Source: an uncultured virus (IMG/VR IMGVR_UViG_3300037195_000767)
Lineage: Duplodnaviria; Heunggongvirae; Uroviricota; Caudoviricetes
Reading direction: 5' to 3' (one strand)
Virus record (IMG/VR): IMGVR_UViG_3300037195_000767
DNA: 64,000 nt
Shown here: one piece after another, positions 46,265-56,291 of the stretch
Layout: each line of letters opens with the position of its first letter
Numbering within the stretch: the stretch's first letter is position 1
Program-made: the position numbers and the translations under genes
The notes under the pieces: generated by a model
What the model saw: only the letters and a program-made list of their open reading frames with translations
Told to the model about the DNA's origin: nothing
The model's database searches: none

Positions 46265-47608
46265 CTAAACAGGTACAATTTTTGTATATGTATCATCTTC
46301 ACCATTATATCCATATTTATGTAATTTAGATGACATAAATTTATTATCACTCCAAAATAATATTTGTTTATTATCTGAAAATTTCTCAAAACAATCTGGT
46401 AATTCATTACAATCTAATACTACAAAATAAACTTTATCGTAGTAATCTTTTTCCATATTAAAATGATCCCATCCATCAGTTACTATAATAGCTGGTCTAT
46501 TAGTTTTCTTAGCATTTTCTATACATTGTTGTATATCTGTTCCTCCATCTATTATTCTAGTAAATAAATTTTCTTTAGTAATTTTTTCCATTGCATTAGT
46601 ATGAGCAAATAAATATATATCTTTTACTAAATTTAATTTATCTAGTTTAAATGCAAACATTCTAGATAAAGCTCTTAATGTAACATTAGAATTTGTAAAA
46701 TTTGTTTTACATGTCATCGATCCAGAATCATCTATGTATAAATCAAAATTTAAATAATATTTTTTATCTTCTACAACTAAATCATCAAATAAAGCTTCAT
46801 GTAAGAAATTCTCTATATTCTTTATTTCATCTATATCTTCAGCATCAAATATAGATTCATCTATAGTTTCACATTTACCTCCTACAGTTTGGGAAGCTCT
46901 ATTTACTATATGTTTAACAAAATTATTTATACTACTTTTATCTAACTTCATTTTACTGAGCATATTTGAATTTAACATAGAACTAACAACTTCTATTTGA
47001 GAAGGATCTGTAGATTTACCTATACCCATAGACTCAGCATTATCCATATCTTTCTTTATTTTATTTACCGATGACCCAGCTATTTTAGATAAAGCTTTAG
47101 ATGCATTATTATTTTTAGCATCATCGTTTCCTTCTTGTATCTTTTTATTTAAATCTTCTAAATCATTTTGATCATAATCATTACTATAAAAATATTTACC
47201 TAATTTATCTATTACTACAGACGCAGCCAAAAAACTATAAGCAAATCTATCTTCAGTTATTGTTTTTAATAAATGATTATCTAATTCAGTTAAAAAATTA
47301 TGAAACCAATACATTTTTGGATCTATTTTTATAACTTTTTCTTTATTAAACCACAATTTAAAACAATCTATAGCTGCACTTTGGCCTTCTCTACCAACTG
47401 GTTGATTGTCTCCTGTACTATAAATATTTTGTATCCCATGTTTAAAGTATTCATAAAACTTTATATGTCTAAAAGCATTATCTAATACTCTAGCTAAACT
47501 TTCATCTATATCTGGTTTTATGATACTAAATTCTTGAAGAGATCGACCCTCATCAGGATCGATCCAATCAAAAATATCTTCTTCTAGTGTTTCTAATTCA
47601 CTATTCAT
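46265..47608 (-). CDS. VWA-domain protein (ViaA/CoxE-like partner of MoxR)
   Basis: MIDAS motif IDDSGSM, GGTD, IVTDG; likely start MNSELE at 47608. Confidence 0.8.
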   Translation of the reverse strand: MNSELETLEEDIFDWIDPDEGRSLQEFSIIKPDIDESLARVLDNAFRHIKFYEYFKHGIQNIYSTGDNQPVGREGQSAAIDCFKLWFNKEKVIKIDPKMYWFHNFLTELDNHLLKTITEDRFAYSFLAASVVIDKLGKYFYSNDYDQNDLEDLNKKIQEGNDDAKNNNASKALSKIAGSSVNKIKKDMDNAESMGIGKSTDPSQIEVVSSMLNSNMLSKMKLDKSSINNFVKHIVNRASQTVGGKCETIDESIFDAEDIDEIKNIENFLHEALFDDLVVEDKKYYLNFDLYIDDSGSMTCKTNFTNSNVTLRALSRMFAFKLDKLNLVKDIYLFAHTNAMEKITKENLFTRIIDGGTDIQQCIENAKKTNRPAIIVTDGWDHFNMEKDYYDKVYFVVLDCNELPDCFEKFSDNKQILFWSDNKFMSSKLHKYGYNGEDDTYTKIVPV

Positions 47609-47619
47609 AATTTTATTTT

Positions 47620-48738
47620 TTAATTTAATTCTATATCTTGTTCTAATTCTAATAACCATCCATCTGGAATACTAACCATTAATTCGTTATTATTTTTACA
47701 ATTGTTAGCAAAATAGTTTCTTATAACATCTATATCTTCTATATCATTAGATTGTTCTAAAATTTGTACAATACTCTCTGTTAAATCACTTATTTGATTA
47801 TTATAAGTTTTAATTTTAGATATTTCTTCTAAATCATCTATAACTTGTTTTAGATATACCTGACTATAAGAAGCATTACCACCTTCTAATACACCACTTA
47901 TACCATCTATTTTAGTTTTAAGAGAATTTTCTCTCTTAGTTTCTAATTTTGAAGATAAATTACTAAGTTTAGAAGGAGCTATTAATTCACAACATTTCAT
48001 TAATGATCCTATATCATCTAGATCATATACTAATTTTACAGCTTTAGTAAGATTTTTTAAATAAGAAGCTGTTCTATCAGACACTGAATCATATACTACT
48101 TTTATAAACTTATTTATACCTTTATCACTTACTTTAACATTATCTATCTCTTCTTTTGTAGGTATAGGTATATCTAAAACTATAGTATTATTTTTCCATA
48201 TTTTAGTAAAATTATCTGCACCTACTCTATCTACTTTAGATGTTAGTACAAATCTATCCCAGAAAGGATTTTCTAATTCATCAGTCGGGATGACATTACA
48301 GGATCCTGCAAATACTTGCCATTTACATTTCTTTATTTCATTACCGTAAAATAATGCTTTTTCTCTCATTACAGATAATAAAGTATTTCTTACTCCAGAT
48401 GTTCCTTTATCTACTTCGTTTATTAATACAAACTCTGCATCAGCTATAGGAGCATCTAAAGTATATTCTTTATTCTCAAGTAAATTTTTCATATTTACTC
48501 TACCTTTAATCTCAGAAGTTTTAGTACCTTCATCCAATTCTATAATAAAAGTTTTTTCTTTAACGTCTGCTTTGACATAATTATATTTAGCTGCTGCGAA
48601 ATCTATAAGTGATTGGGTCTTTCCTACACCAGGATCTCCTAATAATAATACAGGTAGTTTTGTAACTTCTCCTAATGCTAATACTTTAAATATTTCTTCT
48701 TTTCCTACTAATTTAGTTCTAATTTTTCTTGTTGTCAT
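47620..48738 (-). CDS. MoxR/RavA-family AAA+ ATPase
   Basis: LVGKEE, Walker A GDPGVGKT, atypical Walker B LINEVDK, NTLLSVMRE, DRF arginine finger. Confidence 0.85.
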   Translation of the reverse strand: MTTRKIRTKLVGKEEIFKVLALGEVTKLPVLLLGDPGVGKTQSLIDFAAAKYNYVKADVKEKTFIIELDEGTKTSEIKGRVNMKNLLENKEYTLDAPIADAEFVLINEVDKGTSGVRNTLLSVMREKALFYGNEIKKCKWQVFAGSCNVIPTDELENPFWDRFVLTSKVDRVGADNFTKIWKNNTIVLDIPIPTKEEIDNVKVSDKGINKFIKVVYDSVSDRTASYLKNLTKAVKLVYDLDDIGSLMKCCELIAPSKLSNLSSKLETKRENSLKTKIDGISGVLEGGNASYSQVYLKQVIDDLEEISKIKTYNNQISDLTESIVQILEQSNDIEDIDVIRNYFANNCKNNNELMVSIPDGWLLELEQDIELN

Positions 48739-49768
48739 TTTTTAATTCATTTAATGTTATTACTCCGTTATTATCTATTACTTCTTTTTTAATTTCCCAT
48801 TCACCAGTTTCTTGATGCCATTCTACCTCCTCTATTAATTCAGCAAATCCTTTTATCCTTTTTCCTGTAGATTTAGAAAATCCTCCGTTTAATCCTATTT
48901 CTAAATCTTCTTCACTTACTTCAAATACTAGTGGTTTGTTGTTACATGCAGTCTCTGCTACTATAAATTTAAAAGGTAATACTTCATAATCCTTGAGTTC
49001 ATTATTCTTTCTTGTTATCATTTTTCTAAATAGAGACTTAATATAATATTGATAAATAGCTGCTTGTCTATAATAAGCATATTTTATGTAACTATTTGGG
49101 AAACTATATACTGGTTTACCAGTTGTTTTTAAATCTACAGCTTGTATAGTTTTATCTTTATGATTTATAATTACTTTATCTAACATACCTCTTATAGTAT
49201 ATTCTTTTCCAGATTTAGTTTTCCAAGGCATTTCAAATTTTAATTGATTTTCTGTCTCCCTAAGATCATTATCTGCTTTAAAGTATTCTTCTGTTATTAC
49301 ACATTTTTGTAACATATTCACCATATTAATAGTTTGTGTCATCTCTTCTCTAGATAAAAGTGTTTTATCTTTATTTTCAAGAGTAAATTTAACATACTCT
49401 TGTATCTCAGGTACTTCAAACTTTTTAATTACTGACTCATATTTAATCTTAAATCCAGAAGCTACATAAGCTGCTTTTCTTTTTGTATCTTCGTCAATAT
49501 CATCTCTATTTATATTATGTAAGTAAATTTTAACAAACTCACCCATCATACCACCAGGAGATTCAACTGTACATAATACATATCTTTTGTCAAATTCTGT
49601 AGGTTCAGTTAATAAACAATCTACTGCAGAACCTTTTCTAAAATAACTAGTATCTTCATCTTTAGGATTCAATATATGTTCTCTATAAAATGAAGGACTA
49701 TAATCTAATAAGTTTAAAGAGGAATGACTTAACTTATGATCTTCTAACGTTTTTTTATATTCTTCCAT
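48719..49768 (-). CDS. PD-(D/E)XK exonuclease (RecE/ExoVIII-like)
   Basis: LSHSSL, GSAVDCLL, RGMLD, VDLKTT, YYRQAAIY. Confidence 0.85.
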   Translation of the reverse strand: MEEYKKTLEDHKLSHSSLNLLDYSPSFYREHILNPKDEDTSYFRKGSAVDCLLTEPTEFDKRYVLCTVESPGGMMGEFVKIYLHNINRDDIDEDTKRKAAYVASGFKIKYESVIKKFEVPEIQEYVKFTLENKDKTLLSREEMTQTINMVNMLQKCVITEEYFKADNDLRETENQLKFEMPWKTKSGKEYTIRGMLDKVIINHKDKTIQAVDLKTTGKPVYSFPNSYIKYAYYRQAAIYQYYIKSLFRKMITRKNNELKDYEVLPFKFIVAETACNNKPLVFEVSEEDLEIGLNGGFSKSTGKRIKGFAELIEEVEWHQETGEWEIKKEVIDNNGVITLNELKNDNKKN

Positions 49769-49769
49769 A

Positions 49770-50357
49770 TTATATTATTTGTATATTAAATACTAACTTT
49801 CTTTCATCTACTGATTCTACATAACTTATTTGTCCACAACTTCGTACAAATTCTATACTATCATCAGGAACTTTTCCACATTCTACCAAAGTATCCATAA
49901 ACCATTTAGTCCAAGGCCATAGATTATCACAGTCCCAGTTTTGATTTTCTCCTGGTTTATATAAATCTATCCATACTCTTAAATATTCACCTTCTTTTAA
50001 TTTAAATGTAGGTAACTCTTCTATATAAGGTTTTAGATAAGCATGTACCCACTTAGCTACAAATGCTCTTACATGATAGTTTAAACTACCATCATATATT
50101 CTCTGACCATTTATAGTCCAAAATTTAGGTTTACCAGCAACTAAAGGATTAGCCAAAACTCTATTACCTTTGTCGTCTACTAGATATCCTTTTTTATCCC
50201 AAAGATATTTACCTGTAGATATATATTTTTGATGTTTATTAGGTAGATCAGTAACTTTTACTTTTTTCTTATTAAAATATTTTGCTCTTCTTCTTTTCGA
50301 GACGGGGACCTTATTTTCAAAATTAGGTATAACCACTTTCCACACATTACCACTCAT
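49770..50357 (-). CDS. RusA-like Holliday junction resolvase
   Basis: WDCDNL...KWFMDTL...VPDDS. Confidence 0.7.
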   Translation of the reverse strand: MSGNVWKVVIPNFENKVPVSKRRRAKYFNKKKVKVTDLPNKHQKYISTGKYLWDKKGYLVDDKGNRVLANPLVAGKPKFWTINGQRIYDGSLNYHVRAFVAKWVHAYLKPYIEELPTFKLKEGEYLRVWIDLYKPGENQNWDCDNLWPWTKWFMDTLVECGKVPDDSIEFVRSCGQISYVESVDERKLVFNIQII

Positions 50358-50359
50358 AA

Positions 50360-51367
50360 TTATATTATTTTTATTAATAGTTCATTTGTTTCTTTCATAC
50401 CATATATACTAAAATACTCACTTATATCTTTACATTTTGAAGATATAGGTATAAAAGATATTTTAGCATTAGGTAATATTTTCTGTAACTCACTAGCTCC
50501 ATTGATCCCAGCATCATCATTATCGTATAATATAACTATTTTTTCGTATTTTTGTGTAACATTATTAGCTAGTTCTACGTTTAAATAATTAGTCTCAGCT
50601 TGAGGAGCTATAGCATCTATTCCAAACGATCTTAAACACATCACATCTTTCATAGATTTAGTTATAACTAGTGTATCACTGTCATATTCTAATTGATATA
50701 ATCCTTGGATTTCATTATTTGTTGCATTACTTAACCACTTATACTTTCCCTTATCTGACATGGGTCTGTATACTTTAACTTTGTTGTTTGGTAACGAATA
50801 AGAATATACAGGATTATTTTTAGAATATGTAAATACTAATTTTTTATTTACAAATACATATTTAGAACTATATATATTATATCTCTTAAGTATATTATAA
50901 TCTATATTAAATTTTTTCCAGTATTTTATATCTTCATCTGTAAAATGTTGAGGTTTAAATTGTATTAAACACTCACTTTTTTCTTTTAGTATATTTTCTC
51001 TAAAATTTGTATACTTAACTCTCTTTACTTCTTCTGTACTATAAGAATTTTCTAAACCTAGATTCATATCAGAATTTATTATCTTAAGACAATCATTAAA
51101 TCTTGATCCACTTAATATCATTACTAGATCAAAACATGTACCTTGTTGTCCATTAAAATCTTTGAACCTCATATCACCATTTGAAGCATAATATAAATTA
51201 AATGAAGGATTTTTATCTTTTCTTAGGGGACTATGATACATCTTACCTAATTTAAAGTCAAATCCTAAATAGTGTCTGAAGATTTCTTCTTCAGTTGTTA
51301 TGTTAAGTATTGCTTGTTTTGTGATGTTAGGTTTATAATTCTCGACATTGCTTAAATTATAAATCAT
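50360..51367 (-). CDS. dnaG: DNA primase (crAss-type TOPRIM)
   Basis: SPLRKDKNPSF, FKDF, ITKSMKDVM, LYDNDDAG, KDISE. Confidence 0.85.
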   Translation of the reverse strand: MIYNLSNVENYKPNITKQAILNITTEEEIFRHYLGFDFKLGKMYHSPLRKDKNPSFNLYYASNGDMRFKDFNGQQGTCFDLVMILSGSRFNDCLKIINSDMNLGLENSYSTEEVKRVKYTNFRENILKEKSECLIQFKPQHFTDEDIKYWKKFNIDYNILKRYNIYSSKYVFVNKKLVFTYSKNNPVYSYSLPNNKVKVYRPMSDKGKYKWLSNATNNEIQGLYQLEYDSDTLVITKSMKDVMCLRSFGIDAIAPQAETNYLNVELANNVTQKYEKIVILYDNDDAGINGASELQKILPNAKISFIPISSKCKDISEYFSIYGMKETNELLIKII

Positions 51368-51481
51368 ATCTTATTTTTTATGTTAAGAAACAGAAAAAGA
51401 GGAGTTTCGTCCTCTAGGAATGAACTTAATCGTCCTCTAGGCCTCTGTTATCTCCTCAGTTTCTGAATCAAGGTGGATCTT

Positions 51482-52057
51482 TTAGAATGGCAGATCAGAA
51501 CTGTCTGTTGATGCTACTTCTGTTTGTGCTTCTGCACTATCTTTTTCCATTTTATCATATTTAGGATTAATCTTTAATCCACTTGGATTAGTATCCATAG
51601 TTTCAATAAATGGACAGAAATTTGGTAAACTAGAATAATCATTCCATGAATATACCACTTTCAGTCTTACAGGAACACCTTGAAATTTTGTTCCCATAAA
51701 AGTAACTAAACTATCACATAGTTCGTCATAGTTATTACCTTGTACAGAGAAAGAGTCTGGATCTACAAACTTAGTACATATATGTTTTATTCTAACTAAC
51801 ATATTGTTTACTCTTCTAGATACTGCTTCATCATTAGACTCTCCTGGTTTAGGATTAACTCTTTCTGGATTTACATCAAATTCCATGTGTTTTAACTCAT
51901 TACCATTTGAATCGTTAAATAAGAAACATAGATAAGGATTACCATCCTTAGTTATTTCTTTAGATATGTTCATTAGAGAACATCCTTCATTTATACCTAC
52001 TGGTATGGCTGAAGAACCACCTTCTTGCACTTTTGTGCTTTGATTGATTTTGTACAT
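51482..52057 (-). CDS. single-stranded DNA-binding protein
   Basis: Acidic tail ending DLPF; lies between the AAA ATPase and primase. Confidence 0.65.
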   Translation of the reverse strand: MYKINQSTKVQEGGSSAIPVGINEGCSLMNISKEITKDGNPYLCFLFNDSNGNELKHMEFDVNPERVNPKPGESNDEAVSRRVNNMLVRIKHICTKFVDPDSFSVQGNNYDELCDSLVTFMGTKFQGVPVRLKVVYSWNDYSSLPNFCPFIETMDTNPSGLKINPKYDKMEKDSAEAQTEVASTDSSDLPF

Positions 52058-52093
52058 AATTATTTATTTAAATTTAAATTGGTTGCTAAAATA

Positions 52094-52639
52094 CTAAATT
52101 AGATCGAAATCTTCAAACTTTTCGTCATTTTCTTTATCTTCTGTAACTATCTCATTATCAGTCTCCTCTACTTCCTGAGAATCGTCTGTATGATCTTCAA
52201 CTGTGTCTTCCTCTTGAATATCGTGTTCTACAACAGTTGAATCATCTACATCCCACTCATCATAAGTATCTAATACTATTTTGTAAAATGTGTATCCAGG
52301 ATGTTCTGGAATTTCTATAGATTCTTCACATATATATAAATCTTCCTCTCCAGTACTTGAAAGATCCATATGAGATCTCAAATCTCTATTATGAGGTATA
52401 TTTTTTATATATCCTTGTTTGTTTACTGCTACACCATCACCATCAGGTGCTACATATATATGTAAATCTTTTTCTCCTTCGTCAGGATAAGCTATACCTA
52501 TTTTGTTATTGTCTGCAGTTACTTTTAATCTAGACATTAACGCTGGGGATAATCTCATTTGACCCTCATCTCTTAATTGGATAGCTAAGCTATCTCCGAA
52601 AGAATTTAATCTTTCTACTCTTTTTCCTACTAATTTCAT
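52094..52639 (-). CDS. hypothetical protein with long acidic C-terminal tail
   Basis: D/E-rich final ~55 aa. Confidence 0.6.
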   Translation of the reverse strand: MKLVGKRVERLNSFGDSLAIQLRDEGQMRLSPALMSRLKVTADNNKIGIAYPDEGEKDLHIYVAPDGDGVAVNKQGYIKNIPHNRDLRSHMDLSSTGEEDLYICEESIEIPEHPGYTFYKIVLDTYDEWDVDDSTVVEHDIQEEDTVEDHTDDSQEVEETDNEIVTEDKENDEKFEDFDLI

Positions 52640-52642
52640 AAT

Positions 52643-53323
52643 TTAATTATAATATTGATTAATACTCTTTATTGCTGTTTCTATATCATTTGGTATTTTA
52701 AAGTCAAACATACCTTTTGGACTCTTTGCTGTTGTAGTACCATCAGATTGTGTAATAAAGTTATAAACTCTTTCACCATCTGAATTAATAGATACATCAG
52801 TAAATAATACTACAGTAAACATACCTTCCATAGTTATAACATTATCTACTAACTTACCTACTGTTTTAAATTTAAGTTTTCTATTACCTGATAAATCTGT
52901 TGATTGTTCTGCATGACCTATCATTACAAATGTAATATCATCTCTCATATTTTTACCTGAGTGAGCTACTTCCCAAGCATGTAATCCAATCTCTGTAAAT
53001 TTATCAAATCCACGTTCATTAGCTCTACGCATGTATTCATTTGCCATAACATACTGAAAATCATCTACTACTACTGTTTTAATATTAGGCATATTTTCAT
53101 TAATATGCTTCATAGTTTGAACTATAGTACTAGATTGATCAGTTTCTATATAATTACCATCTGGTGTTTCTTTAGATAATTTTTTATAGTTACCTTTCCA
53201 TCCTCTGAAAGGCATAGGTTTCTGTCCAACATTAATTATAAATGTTGATTTAGGGTCTAGGTTTTCTAAACTTGTGGACTTCCCAGATCCACTTTCTCCA
53301 ATGATTAAAATTTCTTGTGCCAT
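52643..53323 (-). CDS. AAA_24-like P-loop ATPase (Sak4-like)
   Basis: IIGESGSGKSTS, VVDDFQY, KTVGKL, AKSPKGMF. Confidence 0.85.
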   Translation of the reverse strand: MAQEILIIGESGSGKSTSLENLDPKSTFIINVGQKPMPFRGWKGNYKKLSKETPDGNYIETDQSSTIVQTMKHINENMPNIKTVVVDDFQYVMANEYMRRANERGFDKFTEIGLHAWEVAHSGKNMRDDITFVMIGHAEQSTDLSGNRKLKFKTVGKLVDNVITMEGMFTVVLFTDVSINSDGERVYNFITQSDGTTTAKSPKGMFDFKIPNDIETAIKSINQYYN

Positions 53324-53333
53324 ATTTATTTAT

Positions 53334-54344
53334 TTATTTGATTTCTAATTGTCCGTTATCTTCTTTTTTAATATACTCATCTACTCTATTGTATTTAAGC
53401 ATGTCAGTCATTTGCATTACAATTCCTGATTCACCGTCTCTATTTTTCAATATATGCCAGTATATCATAGCTTGTGAATCTTTATCTGGATTAACAACAG
53501 GTAAATGATGTGGTCCATAAGTTTGCATGTTTAACATATATGGTTTATGAGTTATTAATATATAATCCGACCCATGGTATACAGAGTCTGATCCGAATAT
53601 ATCTTTTTTCATAGGATACTGTTGCATAGGATTTGTCAATCTTTCTGATTTTTCTATCTCTCTATTTAACTGACTTATTACTATAAATGTACATTTAAGT
53701 TCCTTTTTAAGTAACATCATCATTCTATATAACTTTACTAAAGATTCTCTCTCACTATCTCCAGCTCTATGTCTAGTCAATAAAGTATGATCTATCATAA
53801 CAATGGTCCCGTATTCATCGTCTTTTGTTTTTTCTTGTCTCATTTCATGAAATACTTTTACAGTATTATACATCTCTTCTACAGTACCAGGTATATCTAC
53901 ATAATATATACTATATTTATTTGATATACTATTTACTACATTTTCAGCTCTTTGATACATGTCATCATTTAAATCTTCATTACTAGAATATAATTCACTT
54001 ACAGTTTTATATAATTTGTGTGATATTTTCCTACCAACTTGTTTCATAGCTAACATCTCAAAGTTAAAAGATAATACTGAAAAATTTTCATCAGGATTAC
54101 AATCAAACAAACTGGTTTCCAGATCGTTAGCAATTGATGATTTACCTGAACCTGACATACCTGCAATAGTCATGATAACATTCCAATCTAATCCACCCAT
54201 TGTAGACCTATTAAATTTCTTCCATCTAGTTGCTAATGATGTAGCTAATCCTTTTCTTCTTTGATCCATATACTCTAATACTTCTTTACCAGCATTACGT
54301 ATATGAGAAAATGTTAAACTTCTCTCAGACGATTTTTCCCCCAT
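53334..54344 (-). CDS. dnaB: replicative DnaB-like helicase (C-terminal domain only)
   Basis: AGMSGSGKS, FNFEM, IDHTLL, ISQLNR, KNRDGE. Confidence 0.9.
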   Translation of the reverse strand: MGEKSSERSLTFSHIRNAGKEVLEYMDQRRKGLATSLATRWKKFNRSTMGGLDWNVIMTIAGMSGSGKSSIANDLETSLFDCNPDENFSVLSFNFEMLAMKQVGRKISHKLYKTVSELYSSNEDLNDDMYQRAENVVNSISNKYSIYYVDIPGTVEEMYNTVKVFHEMRQEKTKDDEYGTIVMIDHTLLTRHRAGDSERESLVKLYRMMMLLKKELKCTFIVISQLNREIEKSERLTNPMQQYPMKKDIFGSDSVYHGSDYILITHKPYMLNMQTYGPHHLPVVNPDKDSQAMIYWHILKNRDGESGIVMQMTDMLKYNRVDEYIKKEDNGQLEIK

Positions 54345-54987
54345 AATTTATATTCTTGTTGTTGTTTTCATTTTTAAGTTCCATGTGATCATGTACATCT
54401 ACATAAACTTCATCTCTCAAATAATTTTTAAGAGTTTTTAAATATTGTAAACTATTATTATTTTTCTTTTGTGATATATAATATTTAACAATATTTAACA
54501 TCTTATGATGATTAAATTTATTAGATTTTAATATATCTATATATAATTCTTTACATAGTTTTTTCTGTAGTCTTAAACTAGCTTCATTACCATTCATACG
54601 TAGAACAGTTGCTGGATATATTTCATAAAATTCTGTAAACTCTTTATTATATTTTTCCATGGCAAGATCATCTAAATCTTCATCTCCTAATAAAAGATTA
54701 TCAGCTTTAGCATCTTGAAAACTGTCTACCATACTTTTAATAAATCTAGTACCTTTAGAAGCACATTTAAATCCATCTAAGTCTATATCATCTACTTCTC
54801 TCTTTACCATAAGATATTTTAACCCGACTAATTTTGCAACATCTTTCATAGTAATAGTTTCTACAGAAATATATTCTCTTAATAAATATACTTTATCATA
54901 AGCATAACAATATAAAATAAAATATTCTTTTAATGTTAACTCATTGTCTTTCAACATGTTAATAAATGGTTTACCAAACGCAATCAT
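54325..54987 (-). CDS. putative replication initiator/helicase loader
   Basis: wHTH-like N-terminus, FTEFYEIYP motif, coupled to dnaB. Confidence 0.5.
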   Translation of the reverse strand: MIAFGKPFINMLKDNELTLKEYFILYCYAYDKVYLLREYISVETITMKDVAKLVGLKYLMVKREVDDIDLDGFKCASKGTRFIKSMVDSFQDAKADNLLLGDEDLDDLAMEKYNKEFTEFYEIYPATVLRMNGNEASLRLQKKLCKELYIDILKSNKFNHHKMLNIVKYYISQKKNNNSLQYLKTLKNYLRDEVYVDVHDHMELKNENNNKNINYGGKIV

Positions 54988-55184
54988 GATTTAAAAGGTT
55001 TATCTAATAAATCTCTATAACTTATTTCTTGCATTTCTTTTAGATGAATATTAGGATCTTTTTCTTCTTCAAAGAAATATTCAGAAGGTTCTGATTTATA
55101 TATAGTATATATTTTTCCTCCTACATGAATATTTTTAATCCATTTTTTCTTCGGGTTTATTAGATTTTTCAATAGTTTTATCAT
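54984..55184 (-). CDS. hypothetical protein
   Basis: ORF coupled to its neighbours. Confidence 0.5.
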   Translation of the reverse strand: MIKLLKNLINPKKKWIKNIHVGGKIYTIYKSEPSEYFFEEEKDPNIHLKEMQEISYRDLLDKPFKS

Positions 55185-55476
55185 AGTTAGTAAAGTTTAA
55201 AGAGATTAATAATAATATAAAGTAACCAGCAAGATCCCAAATTGAGTCTCCTGTTTTTTCTGTAATTCCTCCATTTTTAATTCTATGAAGTTTATCATCT
55301 ATTCTACAACATAAACCAAATTGTTTAGGTGTCATAGATTTTTGATTTATTTCAGTAGCGAATATAGATTCTCCTTGAGTTGCTGAGTCCCCATAATCTT
55401 CATTCTTTCTGGATAGTAATTTTATTAATTGTTCTCCAATTTTTTTGATTTGCCATTGTGTTTGTTTTTTGTCCAT
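55135..55476 (-). CDS. DUF1599 / nucleotide modification-associated domain 1 (Nmad1)
   Basis: KNEDYGDS...RIDDKLHRIKN...DSIWDLAGY. Confidence 0.8.
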   Translation of the reverse strand: MDKKQTQWQIKKIGEQLIKLLSRKNEDYGDSATQGESIFATEINQKSMTPKQFGLCCRIDDKLHRIKNGGITEKTGDSIWDLAGYFILLLISLNFTNYDKTIEKSNKPEEKMD

Positions 55477-56291
55477 TATATATCATAGTTCATAATTAAT
55501 AATTCAGTTCCTTTGTTCTGTTTCTTTCCTTTACTAGCTCCTGCTGCTTTACTAAATTCTTTTTCAACCCAATTAAAATCATCTTTTGGTAACCATTCAG
55601 ATAATTTATCAAATTCATAATAAGATAATGCAAATAATCCATCAATTGTTCCTAACATTTCACATAATATTTGATGGTCTCCTGTAGAAAAACCTTTACC
55701 AGAGTAATATTTTTCTTTTTTATAATAAGGAGGATCCACATAAAAGAAAGTAGTTGGAGAATCATATATATTAATTATTTCATGATATTCTCTATTCTCT
55801 ACTTCAGTTATCTTAGATAGACGTTTTTGTATATCAGGTTTATTTAATCTATTTATTAAGGCATCATATTTACTACCATATTTTCCTTTTAAATCAATAA
55901 ATTTACTTTCTAATATCTTACTACCACTAAATACTTGTGTAGCTAAATAAGCATATTTAATAGCTAGTGAATGATTAGGCATATCAAAATTAGGATCTAC
56001 TATTGATAGTTCTTTTTGGAATTTATCAAAAGTTTCTTTATTTTGTGAAGGTTTACTAGATAAACGAGTACTAAAGTAAGTACAATCTATCATACATTTA
56101 AACAAGTTAGACATAAATCTGTTCTTATCATTATATACTACTTCTTTTAGTTGAGGTTTTTCATGTATATCTCCCTTGACATATACCCAAAAAGCTCCTC
56201 CAAAAATCTCAACATATGTTTCTATATTATCTGGAATATATTTACAGATCCATTTAGCCATTCTACTTTTTCCTCCAATATAACTTATCAT
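55476..56291 (-). CDS. Dam-family (D12 class) N6-adenine DNA methyltransferase
   Basis: YIGGKS, YVEIFGGA, VYND, FFYVDPPY, TELLIMNY. Confidence 0.92.
   Translation of the reverse strand: MISYIGGKSRMAKWICKYIPDNIETYVEIFGGAFWVYVKGDIHEKPQLKEVVYNDKNRFMSNLFKCMIDCTYFSTRLSSKPSQNKETFDKFQKELSIVDPNFDMPNHSLAIKYAYLATQVFSGSKILESKFIDLKGKYGSKYDALINRLNKPDIQKRLSKITEVENREYHEIINIYDSPTTFFYVDPPYYKKEKYYSGKGFSTGDHQILCEMLGTIDGLFALSYYEFDKLSEWLPKDDFNWVEKEFSKAAGASKGKKQNKGTELLIMNYDI

Noticed and set aside
51407..51441. Mini CRISPR array
   Set aside because: Only two 12-bp repeats with an 11-bp spacer, and no cas genes
51400..51460. Hammerhead ribozyme (minus strand has CUGAGGA...GGACGAAAC)
   Set aside because: Stem II cannot form (gataac does not pair with ggac), and I could not build stems I/III around a cleavage triplet
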